This document shows, one piece after another, positions 1 through 12,942 of a stretch of DNA of 64,000 nucleotides. The translations under genes and the position numbers were made by a program. The notes under the pieces are model-generated. The model searched no databases. It saw only the letters and a program-made list of their open reading frames with translations, and was not told the origin of the DNA. This stretch comes from Hemiscyllium ocellatum (taxonomy: Eukaryota): assembly GCF_020745735.1 (NCBI RefSeq), contig NC_083409.1, positions 14,068,760-14,132,759 on the forward strand. Direction: 5' to 3'. The stretch's first letter is position 1. Each line of letters starts with the position of its first letter.

Positions 1-3000
1 ATTAAAGGAAAGCATATCGAATGTCTTCTTCATTATCCTATCCAACTACTACTCTACTTTCAAGGAGCTATGAACATGCACTCTAAAGTCTCTTTGTTCA
101 GCAACACTCCCGAGGACCTTACTATTAAGAGTATAAGTCCTGCTCAGATTTGCTTTCCCAAATGCAACACCTTACATTTATCTAAATTAAATTCCATCTG
201 CCATTCCTCAGCTCAATTGCCCATTGGATCAAGATCCTATTGTAATCTGACGTAACCTTCTTCACTGTCCACTTCACCTCCAATTTTCATGTCATTTGCA
301 AACTTACTAACTCTACCGCCTATGTTCATATCCAAATCATTTATGTAAATGACAAAAAGTAGTTGACCCAGCATCAATCCTTATGACAATCCACTGGCCA
401 CAGGCCTCCAATCTGAAAAACATCCCTCCACTACCACCCTCTGTATTCTACCTTTGAGCCAGTTCTGTATCCAAATGGCTAGTTCTCCTGTATTCCATGA
501 GATCTAACCTTGCTAACCTGTCTCCCATGGGGAACCTTGTCGAATGCCTTATTGAAGTCCATTCAGATCCTGTCTAATGCTCTGCCCTTATCAATTCTTT
601 CTGTTACTTCTTCAAAAGATTCAATCAAGTTTGTGAGACATGATTTCCCACACACAAAACCATGCTGCCCAACCCTAATCAGTCTTTGCCTTTCCAAATG
701 TATGGACAATTTGTCCCTCAGGATTCCGGCTCATTGGTCTACAATTCCCTGACTTGTCCTTACCACCTTTCTTAAATAGTGGCACCAATTAGTGAACCTC
801 CAGTCTTCTGGCACATCATCTGTGACTATTGAGGATACAAATATCACAGTAAGAGGCCCAGCAATCACTTCCCTAGCTTCCCACAGAGTCCTAGGGTACA
901 CCTAATTAGGTCCTGGGGATTTATCCACTTTTATGCATTTCAAGACATCTAGCACCTCCTCGTCTGAAATATGAACATTTTTCAAGATGTCACCATCTAT
1001 TACTTTACGTTCTATATCTTCAATATCCTTCTCCACAGTTAAACAGAAGCAAAATACTCGTTTAGTATCTGCCCCATCTCCTGCGGCTCCACACAAAGGT
1101 CGCCTTGCTGATCTTTGAGGGGCCCTATTCTCTCCTTAGTTACTCTCTTGTCCTTAATGTATTCGTAAAATCCCTCTGGATTCTCCTTAACCTTATTTGC
1201 CAAAACATTCTCATGTCCCCTTGTTGCCCTCCTGATTTCCCTCTTAAGAATACTCCTACTGCCTTTGTATACCTCTCAGGATTCACTCGATCTATCCTGT
1301 CTATACCTGACATATGCTCCATTCTTTTTCTTAACCAAACCCTCAATGTTTCTTGTCATCCAATATTCCCTACACCTACCAGCCTTTCCTTTCACCCGAA
1401 CTAAAATATACTTTCTCTGGACTCAAGTTATCTCATTTCTGAAGGCTTCTCATTTTCCAGCTGTCCCTTTACCTGTGAGCAACTTCCCCCAATCAGCTTT
1501 TCAGAGTTTTAGATTAGATTACTTAGTGTGGAAACAGGCCCTTCAGCCCAACAAGTCCAGACGGACCCTCCGAAGAGCAACCCACCCAGACCCATTCCCC
1601 TATGTTTATCCCTTCACCTAACACTATGGACAATTTAGCATGGCCAATTCACCTAACCTGCACTTTTTTAGACTGGGGAGGAAACCCACGCTGACATGGG
1701 GAGTATGTGCAAACTGCACACAGACAGTTGCCTGAGGTGGGAATTGAACCCGGGGCACTGGCACTGTGAGGCAGCAGTGTTAACCACTGTGCCACCGTGC
1801 CTGATACTGGCAAAATTAGCCTTCCTCCAATTTAGAACTTCAACTTCTGGATCTGGTCTATCCTTTTCCATCACTATTTTAAAATGAATAGAATTATGGT
1901 CGCTGACCAAAAGTGCTCCTCCACTTGCACCTCAGTCACCTGCCCTGCCTTATTTCCAAGAGTAGGTCGAGCTTTGCACCTTCTCTAGGAGGTACATCCA
2001 CATACTGAATCAGAAAATTGTCTTGTACACACTTAACATATTCCTCTCCATCTAAATTCTTAACACTATGGCAGTCCCAGTCTATGTTTGGAAAGTTAAA
2101 ATCCCCTACTATAACCACCCCATTATTCTTACTGATAACTGAAATCTCCTTAAAAATCTATTTCTCAATTTCCCGCTGACTACTGGAGGGGGGCTATAAT
2201 ATAATCCCAAGAAGGTGATTATCCCCTTCTTTTTTCTCAGTTCCACCCAAATAACTTCCCTGGATGTATTTCTGGGAATATCCTCCCTAAGTACTGCTGT
2301 AATGCTATCCCTTATCAAAAATGCCACTCCCCCTCCTCTCTTGCCTCCCTTTCTGTCCTTCCCGTAGCATTTGTATCCTAGAACATGAAACAGCCAGTCC
2401 TGTCTATCCCCGAGCCATGTTTCTGTAATTGCTATGCTATCCCAGTCCCATGTTCCTAACCGCGCCCTATGTTCATCTTCCTTCCCTGTTAGGCCTCTTG
2501 CACTGAAATAAATGCAGTTTAATTTATCAGTCTTACCTTGTTCTCTGCTTTGTCCCTGCCTGCCCTGACTGTTTGACTTGCCTTTGTTCTCAACTGTACC
2601 AATCTTAGATTGAAATCTTTCCTCACTATCTCCCTGGGTCCCTCCCACCCATCTTACTAGTTTAAATCCTGCCGAGCAGCTCTAGCAAATCTCCCTGCCA
2701 GTATATTAGTCCCCTTCCAATTTAGATGCAATCTGTCCTTCTTGTACAGGTCACTTCTACCTCAAAACAGCTTCCAAAGATCCAAAAATGTGAATCCTTC
2801 TCCCATACACCAGCTCCTTAGCCATGCATTCATCTGCTCTATCCTCCTATTCCTGCCCTCACTAGCTCATAGCACTGGGGGTAATTTAGATATTACTACT
2901 CTCGAGGATCTCCTTTTTAAATTCCTGCCTAACTCTCTGCAATCTCCCTTCAGAATCTCAACCTTTTCCCTTCCTATGTCGTTGGTTCCAAAGTGTACAA

Positions 3001-3400
3001 TGGCCTCCTGCTGGTCCCTCTCCACCTTAAGAACATTCTGCACCTTCCCTGAGACATCCTTGATCCTGGCACCAGGGAAGCAACACACCATTCTGATTTT
3101 TCACTGCTGGCCACAGAAACGTCTTCTGTTCCTCGGGCTCGAGAGTCCCCTAACACAGTCGATCATTTGGAACCCGACGTACGTCCCATTACATTAGAGC
3201 CAGTGTCAATACCAGGAACTTGGCTGCTCATGCTCAGTACCCCTGAGTTTCCATCACTCCCTACATTTTCCAAAGCAGCATACTTGTTTGAAATGGGAAT
3301 AGCCACAGAAGACACCTGCACCTCTCTGGCCTTTCCTGAAGTTATGGTCAGAGCCCATGGGATCCAAGGCATTTTGGCAAATTGGATCCAAATATGAGGC
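1..3400 (-). mobile_element. Degenerate CR1-clade LINE (HER1-like): ORF1 esterase remnant plus ORF2 APE endonuclease/RT remnants, interrupted by a SINE
   Basis: ORF 2867-3091 (CFPGARIKDV...HFGTNDIG) is SGNH-esterase-like CR1 ORF1. ORF 2109-2648 (IAITETWL...GGGVAFLI...IWVEL) is an APE endonuclease. 1936-2118 (IVGDFNFPNIDW) and 902-1096 (KSPGP) are ORF2 motifs. Many stops and frameshifts; boundaries approximate. Confidence 0.85.
1510..1801 (-). mobile_element. tRNA-derived SINE (HE1/V-SINE-like)
   Basis: Minus strand starts GGCACGGTGGCACAGTGGTTAACAC (A box) with GGGTTCAATTCCC (B box) and ends in a (TAATC)n tail; same family as 7639, 18277 and 18949. Confidence 0.85.
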
Positions 3401-3899
3401 AAAGAGTGATGGTGGAGGGTTGTCTTTGTGATTGGAAGCCTGTGACCAGTGGTTTTAGGCAGGGATTGGGGCTGGGACCCTTGCTGTTTGTAATGTACAT
3501 TAACAAATTGACTGTGATTGTATAATTAGAAAGTTTTCAGAGGCCACATAAATTGGTGGTGTTATTGATATTGATTTGATTTTTATTTTAGTTTATTGTC
3601 ACATGTACTCGAGTGCAAAAGTATTGGAGTACAGTGAAAAGTGTGTAACGTCACCTCACAAGGTGCCATCTTAGGTACAAGGACCTCAGTACAGAATCGT
3701 AAGAACAAGGTAGAAAGAAAGAATAAAGTTCAAAGTTACACGTTGCAGATCTTTTTAGTTTTAAGTAGAAAATGAAGAAATAAAGCTGAAAGTTCAAGAA
3801 TTATAGCCTTTCTTTAGAACTTAGCAACCATGGGATCATACTTTAAGTAATCATCTCGAGTCCAGAAGTCCTGGCTGAGGCCTTCCCTGGTGGAGAGGC

Positions 3900-4330
3900 C
3901 ACCATATACAGAAAGGACCACTATGTGGGCTGAGAGACACCCACTCTGGGCCACTCAGAAATCGCTACACTAGGCCGAGTGACCATCGCGCTGGGCTGAC
4001 AGTCTAGCATGCTGGGCTGAGAGGCCACCACATTGAACTGAGAGGCCATCATGTTGGACCAAGAGTCTGTCTTGTTGGGCTGGAAGATCTCCCTGCCAGG
4101 CCAGGACACTGCCACACCAAGCCAGGAGGCCACATCATTAGGTCTGCACTTGGTCAGAGGCCTGGCGACTGAGGCTGGGAGTCGGTGCCCAGGAGAAGAA
4201 ATAAGGGAGAAGAACAAAAGAAAAACACAAAAGAAAAGGAAAAGAGAAGTGGAATAGAAAGAAGAAAAGGAAACAGACGAAGCAGATGAACTCGGGCTGA
4301 AGCATCCTACTCTGCTGCCATCTTGGATTA
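3900..4330 (-). mobile_element. Probable 5' UTR fragment of an L1/Tx1-type LINE
   Basis: Minus strand begins CCAAGATGGCAGCAG followed by a pyrimidine-rich tract, resembling L1-type 5' ends. No coding evidence. Confidence 0.35.
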
Positions 4331-5004
4331 CCGGGTCTCAGGCTACAGTCTGATATTGGTCAGCTGGTAACTTGGGCAGAGCAATGGCAGATGTAATTTA
4401 ATCCTGATACCTCTGAGGTGATCTAACTTGGGAGGTCTAATAAGGGAAGGATATACACAATGAAAGGCATGTGCCTTGAGTATCCTTATGCATGAATCAC
4501 AGAGGGTTGGTTACAGGTACAACAAACAATTAGGAAGGCAAATGGAATTTTGTCCTTCATTGCTAAAGGGATTGAGTTTAAAAAGCGGGAAGGTTATGTT
4601 GCAGCTGTACAGGGTGTTGGTGAGGCCACACCTGGAGTACTGCGGGGGGGGGGGGGGGGGGGGTAGGTGGGGCAGAGAGGGAAGCCCCTGTAAACAACAT
4701 CCATTGACATTACTGTGTCCAAGACTTTTGTATCCTCTTCAAAAATGTTCAATGAGATTTTTTCAGCGTGACCAACTTGTCATGAATCCATGCTCTCCCT
4801 GGTTAACTGACCATTTTCAAGGTCTTCAGTTACCCCCAATCCTTGATTATAGACTACAACAATTTCCACACCACAAATATTGGCTTAATGACCTGTAATT
4901 TCCTGGTTTTTCTCTCACATCCTTGTTAAATGTGAGGTGATATTTGCAATTTTCCAATCCAGAGGTATGACTGCTGTATCCAGGGAACTCTGAAAGATTA
5001 TAGC

Positions 5005-5097
5005 TGAAAATGTGTTGCTGGTTAAGCACAGCAGGTCAGGCAGCATCCAAGGAGCAGGAGAATCGATGTTTCGGGCTTGAGCCCTTCTTCAGGAATC
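5005..5097 (-). mobile_element. Short Penelope-like (pLTR) fragment with a decayed hammerhead motif
   Basis: AAATGTGTTGCTGGTTAAGCACAGCAGGTCAGGCAGCATCC matches 27857-27900. Minus strand reads CTGAAGAAGGGCTCAAGCCCGAAACATC. Copy B at ~33162-33254. Confidence 0.6.
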
Positions 5098-5209
5098 ATT
5101 CTGAAAGATTATAGTCAGGGTGTCTACGCTGTGATCTGTTACTACCTTTATCACCCTCAGATGGAAACCTAGGTTCTGAGAATTTGTCACTCTTTAGTTC
5201 GATTAATTT

Positions 5210-6400
5210 CCTCATTATGGATATTTTACTGACATGAAATTTTATTCAATCCCTGTGCCTGATCCTCTGTTATTTCCTTTGGGAATTCAGGCAAATCCTT
5301 TTCCTTTTCTACTGCAAATCTTGAGGTAAAGTATTTATTTAACATGGCTGTCATCTCCCCATTGTCACTGACAAGATCCCTCACTTTCAGTTTTAAAATG
5401 GCCAACATTGCTCCTGACCTCCCAGCTTCCCTTTTATGGAACTGTAGCATTTCTCCTTATTGATTTTGATTTCCCTTATATGTTCCCTTTCAGCATCCCT
5501 TTTGGTGGCTCTTAGCTACATTGTGGCCCTTTGTATCTTTCCCATTCAGCAGAACCTGTTATTTTATTTGCTTTATTGTAAACCCTTGTCTTTTCCTTAT
5601 CTCTTTAATTGTCCTTTGTTGTTTGTTCTAAGAAGTGGACCTTTTCCCTCTCAGGTATAAACTGGCTTTGTTTTGAGTTGAATGTTCCTTTAAATATTCC
5701 CCACTGTTCTTCAGTTGTTTTATCCATGAGCAGATTTTCCCAGATTACTGTGGACAGTCTCTGTCGCATCTCATTAAAGTCGGCCCTTACCTTAATCTCA
5801 AACTCTAGCAGCTGATTCATGCTTTTTACTTTCAAATGCGACACTGAACTCGATCATGTTATGATCACTATTTGATAAATATTCATGCACAAATAGTTAC
5901 GAACTAAATCTGGCTCATTATTCATTACTAATTCCAATATTGCTTGTCCCCTTGTTGTATCCAGGACCTATTGCTGTTGGAAACTATTCAGCAGCAATTC
6001 ACTATCTTTCTGACAGAGGGCTTGTCTGTCTCCCAATCTAAGTTAAAGTTAAACTTCCCCATTAATAATACACTGGCTTTGCTACACACTTGTCTAATTT
6101 TTGTATATATTACAATCCAGCACCTCAGAGCTGCTGTTGGCGGAGTGTGTGTGTGTCTGGGGGGTGGGGGGTGGTGGGATGCACACAATATTTATGACAG
6201 TTTTAGATCCCTTTCTGGTCCTCAGTTGCACTGAATGCTTTCCCCTCATTATAACCTCCCTCACCATTGAAGTCTTTGTGTTTCTAATCAATATAGCTGC
6301 TCCACCTCTTCTGTCATTTCCCCATGTCCATCCTGTGAACCTTCTAACCGGATAAATTTAGTTCCCAATCCTAACGATTCTGTAAATATGTCTCAGTAAT
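5210..6400 (-). mobile_element. Degenerate CR1/L2-type LINE ORF2 fragment (copy B ~33367-34557)
   Basis: ORF pieces GKFNFNLDW, RADFNEMRQRL..WENLL, LNKYFTS.F are typical of the endonuclease-to-RT linker. Confidence 0.7.
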
Positions 6401-6946
6401 TGATCCTATAGCAAAATCTTTAATTTGAATTTGTGCGTGCAGATTATTGAATATATTCCTTACACTCAGTGCATTCGTATATTTCAAACTCTTATTTGGT
6501 CCATTCACTGGAATCTGTTCCTCAGCACTGATGCTGTATTCACCTCTTTCTTACTTCTCTCTTCTGATAGCTTTCCTGATATTGCCCAAATATGACCTTT
6601 TGCCAATTTTCACTTAGGTTGTTGGTCCCAATACACACAACAACTAGATCCTCCCCCATTTCCCCCACCCCCGCACTCCATTATACTTTCAAGCCGGTTC
6701 GAGATGCCCCTTATCTTGGCACCAGGCAGGCAACACACCATGCAGGACACTCAATCCTGTTCACAAAGGATGCTATCAGTGCCCCTCATTATCAAATCCC
6801 CCTCTTTCCTTTGTGGTCCCCCAGCCTGAATGGCCTCCTGGCCCACGGTGCAGTGGTTTTCTTTCATTCATTCATAGGATATGGGCATCTCTGGCCAAGC
6901 CAGCATTTCCTGCCCATAGGGCAGTTAACAGACAACCACATGAAAT

Positions 6947-7280
6947 CATAGAATCATAGGTTCCATACAGTGTGAAACAGGCCATTCAACCCCATGAGTC
7001 TACACCAACATTCTGAGGAGCATCCCATTCAGATGTATCCCTTTATCCCTGCATCTCCCATGGTTAATGCACCTAATCTACACATCCCTGAACACTATGG
7101 GTAATTTAGCATGACCAATCCATCTAGCTTGCACATCTTTAAATTGTGGGAGGAAACCAAAGCACCTGTAGAAATCAGGTGAACGTGCAAACTCCACACA
7201 GACGGTCGCCCTAGAATGAATTAAACTCGGGATCCTGGCACTGAGAGGCAGCAGTGCTAACTACTAAGTCACAATACCAC
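6947..7280 (-). mobile_element. Diverged HE1-like SINE (copy B ~35104-35437)
   Basis: Body matches the SINE at 1510-1801 (CAGTGTGAAACAGGCC...GGCAGCAGTGCTAAC). Confidence 0.7.
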
Positions 7281-7638
7281 CCATTGCTGTGTGTCTGGAG
7301 TCACATTTAAGGCTGGGTAAGGATGACAGATTTTCTCCTCTAAAGGTTATTAGTGAACTGAATGAGTATTCTCCACAATCAACAATGGATTAATATCACC
7401 AATAGCTTCTTAATTCCAGAACCATTCTTGAATTCAAATTCCACTGTCTGCCATGGCAGGATTTGAACCCAGGTTCCCAGAACATTAGCTGAGTTTCTGG
7501 ATTAATAGTCCAGCGATAATACCAATGGCCATTGTCTCCCCCTGTGTTAGCCTAGCTAATGGTGTCAAAATTGGCCTTCCCCCTGTTTTGACACTTAATT
7601 TCTGCTCTATCATTATCTCTTTACTTAACATAAGTAAA

Positions 7639-7953
7639 GGGTGACACAGTGGCTCAGTGGTTAGCACTGCTGCTTCACAGCGCCAGGGTCCCAGGTTTTA
7701 TTCTGGCCTTGGCCAACTGTCTGTGTGGAGTTTGCATGTTCTCCCCGTGTCTGCATAGGTTTTCTCTGGGTACTCCGGTCTCCTCCCACATTCCAAAGAT
7801 GTGCAGGTCAGGTGAATAGCCCGTGTTAAATTGTCCATGGTTGTTAGGTGCATTAGTCAGACGAGGGTGGGTTACTCTTTGGAGGGTTGGTGTGGACTTG
7901 TTGGGCTGAAGGGCCTGTTTCCACACTGTAGGGAATCTAATCTAATCTAATCT
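7639..7953 (+). mobile_element. HE1-like SINE (copy B ~35795-36104)
   Basis: GGGTGACACAGTGGCTCAGTGGTTAGCACTGC head and (TAATC)n tail. Confidence 0.85.
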
Positions 7954-9518
7954 TAATGACTTTGAACCTGATAGAGTTATGGTCACTATCGCCAAAATGC
8001 TCCAAACCACGCTTGACCATTCTGCAGTGTATCCACATTAGTTTCCAAAAGCAATCCTTTTCCTCATTGACACAGGGAGCAAGTACCTCATTCCTGTTGG
8101 ACAAGGAGCTGAGGCACCTGAAAGGCTAAATCCAGGCTGCATCGACCTGTTCACTTTTGGTCACACCCTCCTGTCCCTGACCACTGGCCATAATTTGAAG
8201 TATTTAACCTACAAGATGTAACTGTCTCCCCAAACACAGTGTCCAGGTAACTCTCCCCCTCCCTGATGTGTCACAGTGTTTGAAGCTCAGATTCCAGCTC
8301 ATCAACTCTGAGCTGGAGTGCCTTGAGCAACCAACACTTGCTGTAGATGTGGTCACTCTGAGCTACAATGGGCTCCACCAGCTTCCCCATCGCAATTACA
8401 CGTCACCTGGCCCTGTATATAGAAATTGTTTGAGGCGGTTTTAATTTGTATTTTTAAATTTCCTGTTGGTCTTTATTTTTTAATCTGTAAAATATTTCTG
8501 TCAAGGAGACAGAGAAGGCTCCAGCACAGGAGGAGGCTGTTCAGCCCCTCGTGTCAGTGCTGGCTGTATATTAACCTCATTCACAATGAACATCTCCATT
8601 GAATGTCTGTTGTCAGGAATTGATTGAATCTGTTTTTAGAGACAGGATGACTAACAAATGATTAACTAACATGAACTGTTCCGAGAGAGTCAGCATGGAT
8701 TTACAAAGGTTCAAACATCTTTAACTAACCTGATTACACTTTGTTAGGAGCTCACTAATGTGGGATAGAAGGGAATGTTGATGGCTATTGTCCATAGGGA
8801 ATTCCACAAGACATTTAAAAAGAGACATGGAATCAGATGGAATTTGAGAAATGCATTTATCTTGGGTCCAGAGCTAGGAGACAGAGAGGAGGGATAATGT
8901 GCACGTCCTCCAATGAGCAAGATGTGAATAGTGGTGTCCCCAGGGATCTGTGCTGGGACCTCAGCTTCACACAATATTTCTCAATGACTTGGATGAAGAA
9001 ATAGAGAACCATATTTCCAAGATTGTTGATCACTCTGAGTGAGGTGGTTTGGAGGGTGAGATGGGGAGGGTGGAAGGAGGCGAGAGGTTTGAGAACAAGG
9101 ATGAGAACTTGCAAATCAAGATGTTGCTGGACTAGGAGCCAATGTTGGTCAGTGAGCACAAGGGGAGGGAATGGGGGAATGGGACTTGGTGGGAGTTCGG
9201 ATACTGGCAGCAGAGTTTGGGATGAGTTGATGTTTACCGAAGGTGGTGGCTGTGATGTGGGCCAGGATAACATTGGAATGGTCATGTTTGGAGTCCCCAT
9301 CACATAGCTGAGATTTGCAGTGTCTGATCTTTGTGATGTGGAGGATGTGGAGATCAGATCAGCCTCAAAGATGAATCTAAGGTAGTAAAGAGTCTGGGAG
9401 CTGAAGGGGATGGCTTTGATCTTTTCAATGTGTTTCCCAGTGAGCCTGGCTTCTCAGTCCTGACTGCTCTTAGCTGCTGTGATTGTCACTGATTGGACAC
9501 TTATTATTAGAGATTCTG

Positions 9519-9665
9519 ACCACAGCAGAAAGCCCCAGTGCAAAAAATAACTGCAAAGACTGTCAGATCGCAAGGTTGAAACTTCACCAAGAGAGGAAGT
9601 GAAAGAAGGAGCTCAGAGCAGCTGGACCTTTGTTACTGAGACGGGAGAAAACTGTGAACCATCTG
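9519..9665 (+). promoter_or_regulatory. Candidate B-cell enhancer motif cluster: Runx ACCACA 9519-9524, EICE GGAAGTGAAA 9595-9604, E-boxes CAGCTG 9619-9624 and CATCTG 9660-9665
   Basis: Motifs read directly; function inferred from mammalian Ig light-chain enhancers. Copy B EICE at 37747-37756. Confidence 0.35.
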
Positions 9666-10779
9666 CACTCCCTGGAATCTGACAGCACAAGAGGAGGCCA
9701 TTCAGCCCATTGTGTCTGTGAGTGACCCAAGCAGTCCTACTACTCCTCTCTCTCCCCATAATCTAGCAAATCTTTCCTTTTCAGCTCGATCTTAATTGTC
9801 TCTTGTAGACCTGGGTAGACAGCGCAAGACTGCCCTTAATCTGGGTTCCAAATTGGTATCTCATTCATTCATTGGGAGACAAACTGCCTGGGCTGGGAAA
9901 TGGAGCTCAGGATCCTGAACATTCCCTCTCCCCTCCTGAGGAACACTTCATTCGGTTTTGCATATTCACTCGTGGGAAGTGGGCTTCACCAGCTGTCCCA
10001 GCATTTTCTACCCTGTCCCTAGTTACCCTGGAGAAGGCAGTGGGAAGCTGCCTTCTTGAATCACTGTAGTCCACAAGCTGTAAGTTGACTCACAATGCTC
10101 TTCAGGAGGGAATGCTAGTATTTTAACCCAGCAAGGCTGAGGGATCAACAACATATTTCCAAGTCAGGATGCTAAGCTTTTCCGAGGGGAAATTGCAGCT
10201 CATAGTGTTCCCATGTGTCTGCCGCTCCTGGTCTCCGAAATAGAAGTGGATGTGGGTTTGGAAGGAAACCAAAAGAAATGCGGATGCTGTGAATCCGAGA
10301 TAAAGATCAAAATTGCTGGAAAAGCTCGGCAGGTCTGGCATCATCTGTGAAGAGAGATGCACAGGTCAAGCACGAAACATTAACTCTGATTTCTCTCCCC
10401 AGATGCTGGCAGTCCTACTGAGCTTTTCCTGCGATTTCTATGTTTGTCCATGGGTTTGGAAGGTGCTATCTGAGGACCTTTGGTGAGTTTCTGCAGTGCA
10501 TTTTATCGATAATACACACTTCTGCTACTGAGCATCGGGAATGGTGAGAGTGGATGCTTTGAGAATATGATGCCAATCAAGCAGGTTGCTTGGCTCTGGA
10601 TGGTATCAAGCTTTTCGATTGGATGAGAAAGACATAGACAGGAATAGATTAGAGGGATACGGGCCAAATGCAGGCAAATGAGACTCGTTCACTTCAGAAA
10701 CCCTGGTCAGCATGGAATAGTTTGGCTTAAGGGTTTGTTTCTCTGCCATATGACTCTGTGACACTATCAGTCTATGAAT

Positions 10780-12100
10780 GTTGTTGGAGCTGCACCTGTC
10801 CAGGCAAGTGGGGAGTATTTGCTCACACTCCTGACTTGGTTGACAGGCTTTGGGGGAATCAGGAGGTGAGTTACTCGATACAGTATTTCTAGCCTCTAAC
10901 CTGCTCTTGTAACCACTATGCTTCTGTGGTGAGTCCAGTTGTATTTCTGGTCAATGGCATCTCAAGAATGTTGATAGTGGGGATTCAGTGATGGTAATAG
11001 CATTGACTGTCAAGGGACGATGGTTAGATTGTCTCTTATTGCTGATGGTCATTGGCTGGCATTTGCATGACACCGATAGGAAAGACTGCTCCTGAGATGA
11101 AACCTGGATATTGTCCAGATATTGTTGTATTTGAACATGGACTGCTTCAGTATCTGTGGAGTTGAGAATGGTGCTGAACATTGTGAAATCTTTGGCAATC
11201 ATCCCCATTTATGAGCTTGACTTTAGTTGCAATATCTGTCCAAAGTCTGTCCTATTCAGTACGGTGATAGTACCACACAACACAATGGAGGGATTCTCAA
11301 TGTGAAGGTCAAACTTTGTTTCTACAAGGACTGTGTGATGGTCACTCTTACCAATACTGTCAAGGATAGATGTACCTACAGCCACAAGATTGGTGAGGGT
11401 GGGGTCAAGCATCTTTTTCCAAATTTTTGGTTCCTTCACCACCAGCTGCAGAGCCAGTCCTCAGCTACGTCCATGAGGAACCAACCAGCTCGATCAGTAA
11501 TGCTGCTGCCGAGCCACTCTCGGTGGTGGATATTGAAACCCCCCCACCCAGAGTACACTCTCTGCTGTCATCACCCTCAGTGCTTCCTCCAAATGTTGTT
11601 CAACATCCAGGAGAGACTGATTCATCAGCCGAGGGAGCAAGATATCTTGTAATCACCAGGAGGTTTCCTCGCCCATGTTTAACTTAGTTTCATGAGTCTT
11701 CACGGGGTCCAGAGCCAACTTTGAGACTTCCCAGGGTAACTCCCTCCTGGCTGTAGACCACTGTGTCATCAGCTCTACTGGGTCTGCCTTTCTGGTGGGA
11801 CAGGACACATGCAGGGACAGTGATGGTAGTGTCTGGGGCATTGTCTGTATGATTCTGTGAATATGACTGTGTCAGGCTGTTGCTTGACTAGTCTGTAAGA
11901 CAGCTCTCCTGAATTTGGCCCTAGCTCCCAGATGTCAGTAAGGAGGATGGAGCAGGGTAGACAGGACTGTTTCTGTCATTGTCTTTTCTGTGTCTAGATC
12001 GATGCCTGTGGTCCGTCCGGTCTCATTTCTTTGTTGAAATATTGTCATAATTGATACAACTGAGAGCTTTGCTCGGCCATTTCAGAGGGCAGTTAAGGGT
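10780..12100 (-). mobile_element. Degenerate non-LTR retrotransposon, endonuclease region (copy B ~38932-40252)
   Basis: ORF 11209-11442 contains DSIGKSDHHTVLV (APE SDH motif); related sequence at ~26700-27300 (+). Confidence 0.65.
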
Positions 12101-12942
12101 CAACCACATTGCTGGGGTACAGTTCCATGGACCCTGCAGTACATTCTGTCCTCTCCCACTTCCCCATTGTTAATGTGGAAGGCTGGAGGTTGCCAGTAGG
12201 ATATCCAACTGCAGGAGCTATCACAGCCCCCTGCACAATTTTGTCCCCACATTAAATCCACACAAATCTTGAAGTCACATAGCACCTTCAATGTTCAAAA
12301 CGGTCCGAGATGGTTCACAAAGTTGCAGTAAGAGGAATGGGGGAGGGGGTGAGGAACATAAGAACTAGGAGCAGGAGCAGGCAATTCAGCCCCTAGAGCC
12401 CACTCCACCATTTAATACAATCATGGCTGATCCCATCTCAGACTCAACTCCACATTCCTGCCCACTCTCCATCATCCTTTAACCCATTACCCATTAAATA
12501 TCTGTCCATCTCCTCCTTGGTGTGAGACAGGGAAGGGACCACTCCATTTCAGAAAAGACTGACTGTGGAAGGGGAAGGAGAGGGGAAGGGATTGGAACAT
12601 GTTGTGAATGGACAGGATGGGTCAGTAGGTCAGAGTCTGTCCTGTCCCTCCAGCTCACACTGATGGCCTGAGGATCTCCTCTCTCTGCTGGGCCTTCATG
12701 GAATGAGGTTTGTGTCCAAACCAGTCCCCAGTGAGAACAGGCCAACAGAACAGAACAGCACAGAACTGCCCTTCATTTCACAAGAATCGTCCATCTTCCC
12801 GAGACAGACCAAACCCTGGTCATTGTGGGAAATGGGGCTTTATTCCAGGAGAAGACAGGGGTCAAGGGGTAACATCCATTTGTGGGGCAGAGCAGAGGGA
12901 GATTTATCCTGCATTTAACTGTCACCACCCAGGACACTGTCA

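Noticed and set aside
1741-1801. tRNA-like A/B boxes
   Set aside because: These are SINE heads, not tRNA genes; no complete cloverleaf.
4644-4663. G20 run / possible G-quadruplex (G11 in copy B)
   Set aside because: Homopolymer at a LINE fragment junction with unreliable length; no functional context.
7645-8280. Extra CACAGTG heptamers (7645, ~8235, ~8273)
   Set aside because: No nonamer at 12 or 23 spacing, no adjacent V/D/J coding sequence, and one lies in a SINE head.
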